Assembly: GCF_036365525.1 (NCBI RefSeq)
Contig: NC_090376.1
Location: 92,361,914-92,425,913, forward strand
DNA from: Heterodontus francisci
Taxonomy: Eukaryota
Direction: 5' to 3'
Length of the DNA: 64,000 nt
Positions 1-10,965 of this stretch are shown here, one piece after another. A program made the translations under genes and the position numbers. The notes beneath the pieces are model-generated. The model was not told where the DNA came from, did no database searches, and saw only the letters and a program-made list of their open reading frames with translations. Position 1 is the stretch's first letter; each line of letters opens with the position of its first letter.

Positions 1-466
1 TCTCCTACTACCCTTACAATCTTTTATTCTCTCTACACTTGAATGACTTCCTGTACCATGATGTCATGGTCAGGTTGCTCATCCACTCTGCAGCCCCCAC
101 TCTCATCCAAACAAGTTGAAAGAACCTCAGACCTGTTGGACAGTCGTAAAGGCTGAGGCTCCTGCACTCCTGCCTTCTGGGACCCCTTACCTGCCTCAGC
201 TGCAGCCACGCTCTCCTGTCCCTGACCACTGACCAAATCAGAAGACCCTATCCTAAGGGGTGTGACCACCTCCTGGTACAAAGTGTCCAGGTAACTTTCC
301 CCTCCCTGATTTGTCGCAGTGTCTGCTGCTTGGCCTCCAGTTCAGTGAATCTGAGCCAAAGCTCTTTGCACTGCAAACACTTACTGCAGATATGTTTGCC
401 CTACATTACACTGGCATCCAGGAGCTCCCACATGCTGCAGCCGTGACACATCACCTGTCCTGCCAT
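1..466 (-). pseudogene. CR1 ORF1 N-terminus (CxxC...CxxC zinc finger, coiled coil, leading toward a GDSL/SGNH esterase)
   Basis: Translates MAGQVMCHGCSMWELLDASVM*GKHICSKCLQCKELWLRFTELEAKQQTLRQIREGESYLDTLYQEVVTPLR..., with one in-frame stop. It ends GTAGTAGGAGA (VVG-D) at the window edge, typical of the CR1 ORF1 esterase start. Confidence 0.75.
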
Positions 467-734
467 CCTTATTGTGTTTCAACTAAATACTTAATTATTT
501 TATCCAATTATTTATTTTATTTTCCTTTTTATGTGTTTTATTAAGCTTACCATTAGTTCCTTTATTATTTTTAACGTTAGGATTAGAATAGACCTTAACC
601 ACTTAGATACTCACCTAATAGCTAGCTTCTTGCCCAGCCAATCACCTACCTGCTTGCTTGTGATGTCACACTCGATTTTCTTTGAAGGACTATTTCTACT
701 GAACTGGATAGAATGGAGGCTAGCCTGTCCCCAC

Positions 735-1390
735 ACACCGCGCTCTTTTTGAAGTGAAGCCTCTCCCTGCACTCCGCGCTGTTTTTGAAGTGAAGGCACT
801 CCCCGCAGTCTGCACTCTTTTTGAAGTGAAGCCTCTCCCAACACGCTGCGCTCTTTCTGAAGTGAAGCCTTTCCCAGCACTCTGCACTCTTTTTGAAGTG
901 AAGCCTCTCCCAGCATTCTGCGCTCTTTTTGAAGTGAAGCCTCTCCCAGCACTTCGCGTTCTTTTTGAAGTGAAGCCTCTGCCAGCACTCCGTGCTCTTT
1001 TTGAAGTGAAGGCTCTCCCAGCACGCGTTCTTTTTGAAGTGAAGTCTCTGCCAGCACTCTGCATTCTTTTTGAAGTGAAGCCTTTCCCCGTACTCAGCGC
1101 TTTTTTTGAAGTGAAGCTTGTCCCAGCACTCCGCGCTTTTTTTGAAGTGAAGCCTCTCCCAGCACTCTGCTCTCTTTTTGAAGTGAAGCCTCTCCTAGCA
1201 CTCTGCGCTCTTTTTGAAGTGAAGCCTCTCCCAGCACTCTGCACTCTATTTGAAGTGAAGCCTCTCCCCGTACTCCGCGCTTTTTTTGAAGTGAAGCCTC
1301 TCCCCGTACTCCGCGCTTTTTTTGAAGTGAAGCCTCTCCCAGCACTCTGCACTTTTTTTTTGAAGTGAAGCTTCTCCCGCCCTCCCTGCT
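735..1390. repeat. Tandem array, ~18 copies of a 36-bp unit (one unit is 33 bp)
   Basis: Consensus ~TTTTTGAAGTGAAGCCTCTCCCAGCACTCTGCGCTC. The ORF track shows the matching 12-aa periodicity (KPLPALCALFEV). Confidence 0.95.
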
Positions 1391-1404
1391 CTTTTCAAAC
1401 TTTC

Positions 1405-1980
1405 GGTGCCAGTTCTCTGCAAGAGCAACTCAGCTCGTCCCAGTCCCCTGCTCTTTCCCTATAGTCCTGCAAATGTTTTCTCTTTAGTTGCTTATCCAAT
1501 CTCCTTTTGAAAGCTCCTGTCCTATCTGCCTCCACCACACACTCAGGTAGTGCATTCCAGATCCTAACCACTTGCTACGTAAAAGAGGTTTTCCTCATGT
1601 TGCCGTTGGTTCTTTTGCCAGTTACCTTAAATCGATGTCCTTTGGTTCTCGATCCTTCCCCCAATGAGAACAGTATCTCTCTATCTACTCTATGATTTTC
1701 AATACTTCTGTCAAATTTCCTGTCAACTTTCTCTTCTCAACCCTAGCTTCTCCAATCTATCCACATAACTCCCTTATCCCTGGAACCATTCATGTAAATC
1801 TTTTCTCTAAAGCCTGAAGTGCGGTGCCCAGAATTGGACACAATACTCCAGTTGAGGCGAAAACAGAGTTTTATATAGGTTCATGATAACTTCCTTGCTT
1901 TTGTACTTTATGCCTCTATTTATAAAAGGCAGGACCTCTCATGCCTTTTTAACCACTTTCTCATCCTGTCTGCCACTGTC
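1405..1980 (-). mobile_element. CR1 3' fragment (RT C-terminus and 3'UTR)
   Basis: Minus-strand LEYCVQFWAPHF motif (plus strand gtgcccagaattggacacaatactccag) and a CR1-type 3'UTR. Confidence 0.85.
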
Positions 1981-2558
1981 AACTTCAGTTTTCTGTAAAT
2001 CTCATGGTAATCAAGTAAAAGCATACTGTATTCTGTTTCACAGGTAGAAGAGAAAGTAAATTTCTTGCTTTCAGATTCTGTTAGACCAAGTGCTTTTTTG
2101 ATCTGTGCTTGCATTGGGCTGAGTACCTTGCCACAAGAAAGACCTTGGAAAATGTAAGCTCTAAAGTCTTGTATCTAGTGTGCATCTGTAGTGTCTGAAA
2201 GCGTCCATCACACTTGCAAGAATCACACATCCACAGTGCCCATCATCCTTACAAGGGTCACGTATCCACTGTGCCCATCACATTGGCATCTGATTACCTC
2301 AAATATATTCCTTTAAAAAGTTTTTTTAAAAATCAGTTACTGAAAGAATAGGCACTGCAGGAAATATGAATAAACAGGTAGGAAACCTAACAAAGCTAAC
2401 CATATAATTCAAAGTGTTCTTTTAAATTAGTTCAAGCAACCATTTCAGTAACTTTAGTCCTTAAAATATATTACTATAAAAAGTTAAAGAATTCACAAAA
2501 CATATCATTAGACTAATCCAAACTGTTGTCTCTGATTCTTGGAAGTGCTTGAAATGAT

Positions 2559-2944
2559 GGGCTGGATTTTATGGGCTCCAATGGGACAGGAACAGAGGCG
2601 GGGGTGGTGGGGTTCCTATAAAATTGTGTCGGATGGCAGAGGGCGGAGTGCCTGTCACCTTACCGATGCCTTCCGATATAGTCCAAGACAGGGAAAGCTG
2701 AGGACGGCCTTCCCGCCCCAGGCCAATTGAGGACCTTAAGGTCTTCCTGCAGTACCGGCAGTGGCCGGTGCTCCCAGTGGCGCTGCCAGTCTTTCGATTG
2801 GCTGGCAGTTCTTGGAGACAGGAGCTCACTCTTCAAAGAGATGGCATCCCCAATGGCGGCGTGCAAATAATTGCCTGCCCATGTGTAATTGCAATGGGGG
2901 TCCTACGGAGGGCCGAGTCAGGGTCTCCCCGCACATTCCAGCCC
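2559..2944. mobile_element. Harbinger-type MITE
   Basis: Ends GGGCTGGATTTT ... ACATTCCAGCCC, the same TIR family as other elements in the window. GC-rich interior; no clear TSD. Confidence 0.6.
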
Positions 2945-4014
2945 ACCGCTGAGATTCAGTCATCAGAACAAAATTCAACTGAATAAGGCTTGACCCTTTA
3001 TCAGAGGACCAGGTTTTGAGTTCTTTTTCATTCCTATAGCTATCATTGTTTATGTGAAACTTCTGTAAACGAAGCTAAATGGATTGCGTGCCAGCACTCC
3101 CAGGGTGCACCTATTATGACGTGCAAACATCCAGCCTGCCGTGCCTGCTGTTTAAGGCTACAGCACTTTTTTTAGTTTAATGAATATGGAACAAGACTTG
3201 CAAAAAGGAACACAAAGCATGCTGTATGACTGACTGGTCTTGCTGTCAATCACTTAAAAAATCCTGATTCAAACTTTTTTTTGAGATGTGTATAACTTTT
3301 CAGAAGAAAGCAGATGATATCAGCAGAAAGCCTATCTATTCACCGTGTTCCAAGGCATTTGTAAGCCTGCTCCCCATCCCTCCATTGATTGAAATCCAGC
3401 AACAACATTATTACACCACATCAACCCTCTCTATTACCTCATCAAAAAATTTAACTGAGTCGGTTAAACACTGTTTAAGATTTGGTGTTTGCTTTAATTT
3501 GATCATAAGACTTAGATCAATTACAATTACAGAATAAGTTGGGAGAGCAGATCTAAAAGGGACTTCCAGCTCAGACTAATGACAAAACCACGTGGGTATG
3601 AGGGTGTTTTCACAAGTTTCACAGACCTTAAGTTTTCCACAATAAGCACAAACTCTTGATACTTAGCAAAGGGCAGTGGTCAGCAGTTGTGTTTGCCATG
3701 GAACACTAGTCCTCGATCTCCAGTTAACTGGACACCTTGTCTCTTGGCTGAAATCCATCTTCTGTCTTCTCTTCTTGATGATGCGCACATAGTGTCTAAC
3801 AAAAGCTTTGAGTTTTATTAATGTTTCTATAAACATCAATGGCTCAGTCAACAGATATTGATTTCCCTTTTTAAATGTAGTGCTTGATCCTGAATCAATT
3901 CCTTTCCCTTGGTATTTGTTTCAAAGATCCACTGTTCTTGCTTGGAGGCTTATAAATGTTTATACTTGTGTCCAAGTTAAATAGATTAACCTCAGCTTTC
4001 ATTATTTGGGAGAG

Positions 4015-5285
4015 ATCACCTAATTCCATGACAATATGAAAGGCACAATTCAGCATAGCGGTGCCTCATCAAACCCCTTTCCTATCCTGAGTGGTGTGAA
4101 ACAGGGCTGTGTTCTCGCACCTACACTGTTTGGGATGATCTTCTCCCTGCTGTTCTCTCATGCGTTCAAGTCTTCAAGAGAAGGAATTTTCCTCCACACA
4201 AGATCAGATGGCAGGTTGTTCAACCTTGCCCGTCTAAGAGCGAAGACCAAAGTACGGAAGGTCCTCATCAGGGAACTCCTCTTTGCTGACTATGCTGCAT
4301 TAACATCTCACACTGAAGAGTGTCTGCAGAGACTCATCGACAGGATTGCGGCTGCCTGCACCGAACTTGGCCTAACCATCAGCCTCAAGAAAATGAATAT
4401 CAAGGGACAGGACATCAGAAATGCTCCATCCATCAATATCGGCGACCATGTTCTGGAAGTGGTTCAAGAGTTCACCTACCTAGGCTCAACTATCACCAGT
4501 AACCTGTCTCTCGATGCAGAAATCAACAAGCACATGGGAAAGGCGTCTGCTGCTATGTCCAGACTGGCCAAGAGAGTGTGGGAAAATGGCGCACTGACAC
4601 GGAACACAAAAGTCCGAGTGTATCAAGCCTGTGTCCTCAGTACCTTGCTCTACGGCAGCGAGGCCTGGACAACGTATGTCAGCCAAGAGCAACATCTCAA
4701 TTCATCCCATCTTTGCTGCCTCTGGAGAATACTTGGCATCAGGTGGCAGGACCGTATCTCCAACACAGAAGTCCTCGAGGTGGCCAACATCCCCAGCATA
4801 TACACCCTACTGAGCCAGCGGCACTTGAGATAGCTTGGCCATGTGAGCCGCATGGAAGATGGCAGGATCCCCAAGGACGTATTGTACAGCGAGCTCATCA
4901 CTGGTATCAGACCCACCGGCCGTCCATGTCTCGGCTTTAAAGACGCCTGCAAACACAACATGAAGTCCTGTGACATTGATCACAAGTAGTGGGAGTCAGT
5001 TGCCAGTGATCGCCAGAGCTGGCGGACAGCCATAAAGGCGGGGCTAAAGAGTGGCGAGTCAAAGAGACTTAGCAGTTGGCAGGAAAAAAGACAGAAGCGC
5101 AAGGGGAGAGCCAACTGTGTAACAGCCTGACAACCAATTTTATCTGCAGCACCTGTGGAAGAGGTTGTCACTCTAGAATTGGCCTTTATAGCCACTCCAG
5201 GCGCTGCTCCACACACCACTGACCACCTCCAGGCGCTTACCCATTGTCTCTCGAGACAAGGAGGCCAAAGAAGAAGAAAGAAGAT
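4015..5285 (+). mobile_element. 5'-truncated RTE-clade LINE (RT C-half, C-terminal zinc finger, AAG-rich tail)
   Basis: GVKQGCVLAPTLF, LLFADYAAL and FTYLGS motifs. Colinear with 14189-15457; several premature stops. Confidence 0.93.
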
Positions 5286-5804
5286 GATATAGGTCTTCAA
5301 TCACCTTGTCTACAAAGATTCATAATATATAGTATAATAATAGTGCTAACATGCTGTGTATGACACAAAACTAGCCTTATCGCTCTTACCAACCCCAGTA
5401 CCAGTTTCAACCACAAGACTCCACTCTTACAGTTGGCCCATCGAGTTCCCTCACCTGCCCCAGGTCCTGGGTTGGGCTGGTCCCAGTTGTCAGATATCAA
5501 ACAACCATCTCACTCCATCCCTGCCAACTTAATACCAGCATCCTTATCCAGTTTTCGTTTCTCCCGTATACTCTGTGCCTGTTCAGTACTTAACTGTTTT
5601 TGATTTACATTAAACATATCAGGATACTTCAGAGAAAGGATTTTCCAAATTACTGCTTTTGTGCATCAGAGCTAAAAATAACATAGCTGTCAGCAGACTC
5701 AAGATGGCAATGTCATATCTAGTCAGTGATGTATCGAGTTTTAAATATAAAAATAACATTGACATCCCTTATTTTCATTTGCATGAATTAAAATAATGCA
5801 ATAA

Positions 5805-5925
5805 GGACATGGAACACAGACTTGAAACATTAACTCTGCTTCTCTCTCCACAGATGCTGCCTGACCTGAGTATTTCCAGCACTTCCTGTTTTTATTTCAG
5901 ATTTCCAGCATCTGTAGTATTTTCT
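5805..5925 (+). mobile_element. Penelope-like element terminal (pLTR) fragment
   Basis: Reverse-complement homolog of 30365-30480. Retains GAAACATTAACTC but lacks the CTGATGA half of the hammerhead. Confidence 0.65.
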
Positions 5926-8149
5926 TCCAACAAATGGTAGATATTACATATCAGATAGCTGGGCAGTAAAGTATAGAACTAGTTGTTCTATCCTCAGAAG
6001 CTTTTATTTACAGAGGCACACTTTACATATTGTGCACCTTGAAGGTCGAACAACCACAGTTTTCAGCCTGCTGGTGCGAGCACAGGTGAATCCCCAGTCA
6101 ATGCCCAACACCTGAATACAATTAAATACCCAATTAATATACAATTAACAGTAGAGAGAGCAGTGTCCAAATTTGGATTGCCAGTCCTCCCTGTAGTCTT
6201 AAAGAATCACATGGATTTGACACGAACAAATCTTGTAAAATTTAAAAAGTTTCATTTACTGACACCTTTTTCTTCCTTAATACAACCTGAAGTAACATTA
6301 GCAACCAGAAGAAAATATTTCCTAATATGAGCAAGTAACTCACTGCAAGTATAAAATGGCATTCTCCTACTCGATTAGCATATTAGCAACCATTGTTAGT
6401 TGTCTAAAAAATTCTGTATGCATTGCTGGATTGAGGATTGCATTATGTTTAATAAGCTGGTGGAACAATGAAGAATGAGGCTCTTAACCAAGTGCATCAC
6501 GCCAATTTAATTGTCTGCTCTTGTTTTCTCATTTCAACCCTTGAGCATTTTTGAATGGGGGATTTTTCAATTCAGTGGTAACAAGTCAGTTCAGTACCTG
6601 GCTAAGCTTAATGACAAATTACAGTGAATTCCATATACTTTGTGCATTTGGTTAAATATTATGCTTTGCTGTGTTAGTTAATTGATCTTCCAAAGTAAGT
6701 TTTTTTTTGTAGATATAAACTGTATTTATCATAAATTTTTGATCCCCTATTTACATAGTACGACAACATAATACAGCATGTTTTGTTTTGATGCCTCTAA
6801 GACTTCTATGTGAGATTGCCAAAGGATTTTCTGTTTCCAATAATGGTGTTTGCTTATGGTAGAGTTTTCTTTTTGCTGAAGTCCTGTTAGTTTAGTGCAT
6901 TTACTGAGGAGGTTACATTACAGGTTTGCCTTCAATTTTTGAAAGGATTGTAGTTGAAGCATTTCTACACATTAATAGTATAAGCCACATACAAATGAGA
7001 ACATTTGGTACTGTACCTTGCAGAGATAATTTCAGTATCTTCTCTTTTTCTAGAAGAGATTTCTCTTTACAACTATAAGGAAATATATTTTTAGAGACAT
7101 TTCTGTATGTAACTATAATTCATCTTTAAATGATCTTAAATTAGAGCAAGGCCATTTAGATATGAAATCAGGAAGCACTTTTTTGCACAGTGTAGTAGAA
7201 ATATAGAACTCTAGACTGGATGTTAGAGCAATTCAGTTGACAGATTTTTGTCAGGTAAGGGTAGCAAGGAATATGGCACATAAGTGGACTTGCGGTACCC
7301 ATCAGCCATGATCTAACTAAATCGTGCAGTAGGATCAAGGGGTTATATGTTATATTCCTGTTTCTCTCCAGTCTTAAACTGCATTTCCTGCTTAACTGAC
7401 CTCACTTCCCTGTACTTCATTCAACTGATTTTTCACCTCCCCTGACCAAGCCCTGAGGTACCAATGGAACATCTACTAATATTAAACAACACATTGCATT
7501 GGGTACAATGCTCCTATAATAAAGCAGAGTATCCTCTAACGTAGTGAGCAATATCATGCATGATTTGCTGGCTTAATTTAATTTTTCGTATCTCTAGATC
7601 CATTTAGCAAGACCATCTAATTTAAAGTACATGCATGCTTTTTGTAGTGTGTTACGGTCTTACTCTGTATCGCAGATTATTTTAAATCACAGGTTTTGTT
7701 TAAACGAGTTAGTGTGATGTGCGCATTTTTATATTTGTAAACTACATTTAAATATTTTTTCTTAATAAATGCTAGCAATAAACATTTAAAGTACAAAACA
7801 GCTAATTTTATTTGAACACAGGAATATATAAAAAATTATTTTAGTTGGAGCAGGGTTGTCTTTACCCTCCTCCAGTGTTTTGACAGTACCTTAATTTGGC
7901 ATTTATTTGTTTTCAGTAATAACTCTTCAGAACCACAAAGGATATGTTTGTAAATGATAACTGAAATGATTTCATGGAAATTGTTTATAATTAGAGTTTG
8001 TTACTTTGTTTATTAACACCTTTATAATTGTAGATCTTAGACAAATCATGGTTGATGTGTGACCATAACTCATGCTCGAACTTAATTGTTACAGTTAATC
8101 AATGATTAAACTTATGACCACCATTTCTTTTGTAAGTGCAGTTGTATTC

Positions 8150-8525
8150 AACCTGGCTTACTTGGCAGCACTCTCACCTCTGTTTCAAAAGGTTGCAGAT
8201 TCAAGCTCCATCTCACGATTTGAATGTATAATTTAGACAGTACTGAGGGAGTGCTGCATTGTTGAGTTGCAAGTGTTCAGATGAGCCATTAAAATAAGGC
8301 CACATTTGTCCAATCACATGGACATAAAAGAACCCGTAACAAAATCAAAGAAAAGTAGGGCAGCATACCTCCCTCAATGAAGAACATCAAGAATCGATTA
8401 CCTAGATTAAATGATTATTCATCTCATTTACTGTTCGTGGGAGCTTGCTATGTTTGCACTTCAAAAGTAATGTATTCAATGTGAATTGCTTTTGGAGATC
8501 CTGAGGTGTTGTATAAATCCAAGCC
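8150..8525 (+). mobile_element. Deu-domain SINE (SacSINE1/AmnSINE-like), degraded
   Basis: tRNA-like head, CAGTACTGAGGGAGTGCTGCATTGT core and CTGTTCGTGGGAGCTTGCT segment shared with 40610-41010. Confidence 0.65.
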
Positions 8526-8689
8526 AGTTATATTTTTCACCTTGCTTGAGTTGACTAGAAATATCGAAAACTGAAATGGACTGCATACTGAACGCCAAAG
8601 TATGCTGGTGACGTGTAACTTCCTGTGAATGGAGCTGGATCTAAATAACAGGAGTCACTGTGTGTGTCACAGGGTTCAGTGCTAGTGTT

Positions 8690-9390
8690 GTTGTGATTTA
8701 CACTGTCTATAAATGGTTTATTTGCAAATGACATCAAAATTGGTGGGGGTAGATTTCAAACAATTAATAACAGGCAAACCAATTGCTATGAAATTTGTTT
8801 AAATTGCGAAGGTGGGCTGATGAGTGACAAATGACATTCAGTGTAGACAAATGCAAGGTCATGAGATTGTATCAAGGAAATAAACTGGGATTATAAAATA
8901 AACAGCTCTAGACTACAGGACACAACACACAAGGGTCTGAAACTTAGCACAGTTTTTGACAGCCGTGAGGAAAGCTAAATGGATCTTGGGGTACAGAGTG
9001 ACAGCACAAACCACAGGAGTGGTAATGGATCTGTATAAAACACAACTGTGGTCACACTTGCAATACTGTGTACGATTCTGGTTGCTGCACTATGACGATA
9101 AAATGTGAGCATTAGAAGCAGTGCAGAAAGAAGGGCAACCAAACTCATACCGAGCTTAAGATAACTGAATTATGAGGAGGCCTTGAAGAGACACAGATTG
9201 TTTATTTTGGAGAAATGAAGATGAGGAGAAAGATTACATTTTTAAGGTCTTTAAGGGAAAAGAAAGATTGTTTGATATTGCCACCAGAATATAACCAGAA
9301 GATGTGAGCTCAAGCTTAGCAGAGGGAACTTGCAGAGACAGTTTAGATTTAACAAGTTTACAAAGAGGGTGGTGAATATGTAGAATGGAG
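8690..9390 (+). mobile_element. Old degraded CR1 RT fragment
   Basis: Remnants of FADDTK (tttgcaaatgacatcaaa) and LQYCVRFW (ttgcaatactgtgtacgattctgg). Confidence 0.7.
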
Positions 9391-9409
9391 AAGAGTTGGA
9401 GAGTTCTCT

Positions 9410-9539
9410 GTGTCCTGAGCAATATCTATCCCTGAACCAGTGCCACCACAAACAGGACGTGGTCACTTATATCATTGCTGTTTGTGGGACTTTGCTGTGT
9501 GCAAATTGCTTGCTGTTTTTCCCAACATTATAACAGTAC
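9410..9539 (+). mobile_element. Deu-domain SINE, left part; the right part resumes at 15468-15545 after the RTE insertion
   Basis: cattgctgtttgtgggactttgctgtgtgcaaattg...ataacagtac continues after the RTE as atacttcaaaaatacttaattggctgtaaag. Confidence 0.7.
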
Positions 9540-10965
9540 CAAGATGGCTCCTGGGCTATAAGCTCCCTAGGAAGCTCCCTTGCTGTTCAACTCTATCCAT
9601 GGCCATCTGCTCCCATTCTTAGTGTTTTCTCCCCCAATCTACCCTCTTAAACTGTTTAAACTCCCCTGGCTCTTTAATCAGTTCATTTTAGCCCTAACTA
9701 CAAGCTAACAGCTAGTTTAATGTTACCTGGGCCCACTACCATCCCCCAGCCATACCTGCTCTTTGTTTTCCTCATTGAGCACTCAATGAAATTGAACGTA
9801 ATCCGGACGAAATTGCAAAGTACAGCTGGTGATACTTTGATCTCCAATCCTGCTGTCTACACCGTCCAGTGTGTCCGCGGCCACGGCGTGCGGTAAGTCC
9901 ATTGTAGAGAAGAAGGAGCAGCGGGACCCTAGGGCAATAAGACTATCACAGAGGGGAAGCCTTGAGAAAAGGTGCCTCGAACACGCAAAAAGCCACGAAC
10001 AGCTCCTCGGCCACAACTTCAAAGCGCCCGCGGGAGTTGGCTTGGAGAGCATCTGCAGCGCAATGTCGGCGTATTCCTGCTGGTACCGGCACCCGAGGAT
10101 GTTGCTCACCTCCTGGAGGACGCGGATGAGCTTTCCCGGCGTCGATGGTGGGAACTGATGAAATGGTTTATTACCTGCACCCCCCTTCCCCCCTTCTCCC
10201 CCCTTCCCCTTCCCAGCTCCACACTCTCAGCTCACCCCCCCACCGCACCCCCCTCGCAACCCCTTCCCAGCTCCCCCCTCGCACCATCTTCCCCCTGCAC
10301 CCCCTTCCCCTGCACCCCCCCTACCCCCTTACAGCCCCCTTCCCAGCTCCTCCTCGCAACCCCTTCCCTCCACCCCTCCCCCTTGCACCCCCTCCGCCCA
10401 CCGGCATCCTCCTACCCCAGTGTAGGGGCCCTAACAACCCCACTGCCTTGTGGGCGTCTCGGGAGAGACCAAGGCTAAGGGAGTAAACCTTAACAGAAAA
10501 TCCGGAGCGGAACCCCGTAGGCGGTCATGTGTCACCTTTGGCATGTTTCCGGCAGTTCCTGCAGCCATACCGGTGCCAAACGTCATTCTCTGCACTCCTT
10601 TGGACCCCACCAGAAAGGCCAAGAGGGGGGTTTTGACGCTTGGGCAACTCTCAACCTCCATACATTCGCCAAGGCATGCGCCATGGAGAGGTCACTCCAT
10701 AGTCGCCTCACAGCGACTGAAACAACACGGAAGGCAGCAGTTACGGGTTACAAGTCCAGCTCAGTTGGCATAGAGATTGGGCACCACTGGTTGCCTTTGT
10801 CAGTGGGAGAGGTCATTGCATCTCACTGGACAGCTACCGCCCACCTCAAACCGGGTAGCCCCCGGTCAATAAGGTTCTGTCCCACCACAGTCCACCTGCT
10901 TCAATGGGTGCTTGGAGCTCAGGGTCATTGCCCGAAAAGTGGACTGCAACACCGCACCAAACAAC

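Larger units (their letters stand above)
1..1403 (-). mobile_element. 5' part of a CR1 LINE (monomer array, 5'UTR and start of ORF1), continuing off the left edge of the window
   Basis: The minus strand reads from the 36-bp array through an AT-rich UTR into an ORF1 starting at ATG 466. The element interrupts the 3'UTR of another CR1 at ~1404. Confidence 0.75.

Noticed and set aside
735-1390. CRISPR-like array (conserved TTTTGAAGTGAAG core with a variable segment)
   Set aside because: The variable parts are only ~15 nt and are mutated versions of one another, not unique spacers. There are no cas genes and the context is a vertebrate intron.
611-1428. Long ORFs on both strands over the array (up to 210 aa)
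   Set aside because: A by-product of a stop-free 36-bp unit (a multiple of 3). The starts are non-ATG and there is no domain similarity.
2030-2075. Possible upstream ARHGAP42 exon after the acceptor-like ttctgtttcacag
   Set aside because: The translation does not resemble the expected preceding BAR exon. I found neither that exon nor the next GAP exon in this window.
2955-3010. Possible hammerhead remnants (TCATCAG, TTATCAG on the plus strand)
   Set aside because: No matching GAAA core or stems could be assembled.
10420-10490. Twister ribozyme in the RTE leader (GCCCTAAC...CACTGCC resemblance)
   Set aside because: The conserved P4 loop (CCCAAGCCC-type) and matching pseudoknot partners are absent.
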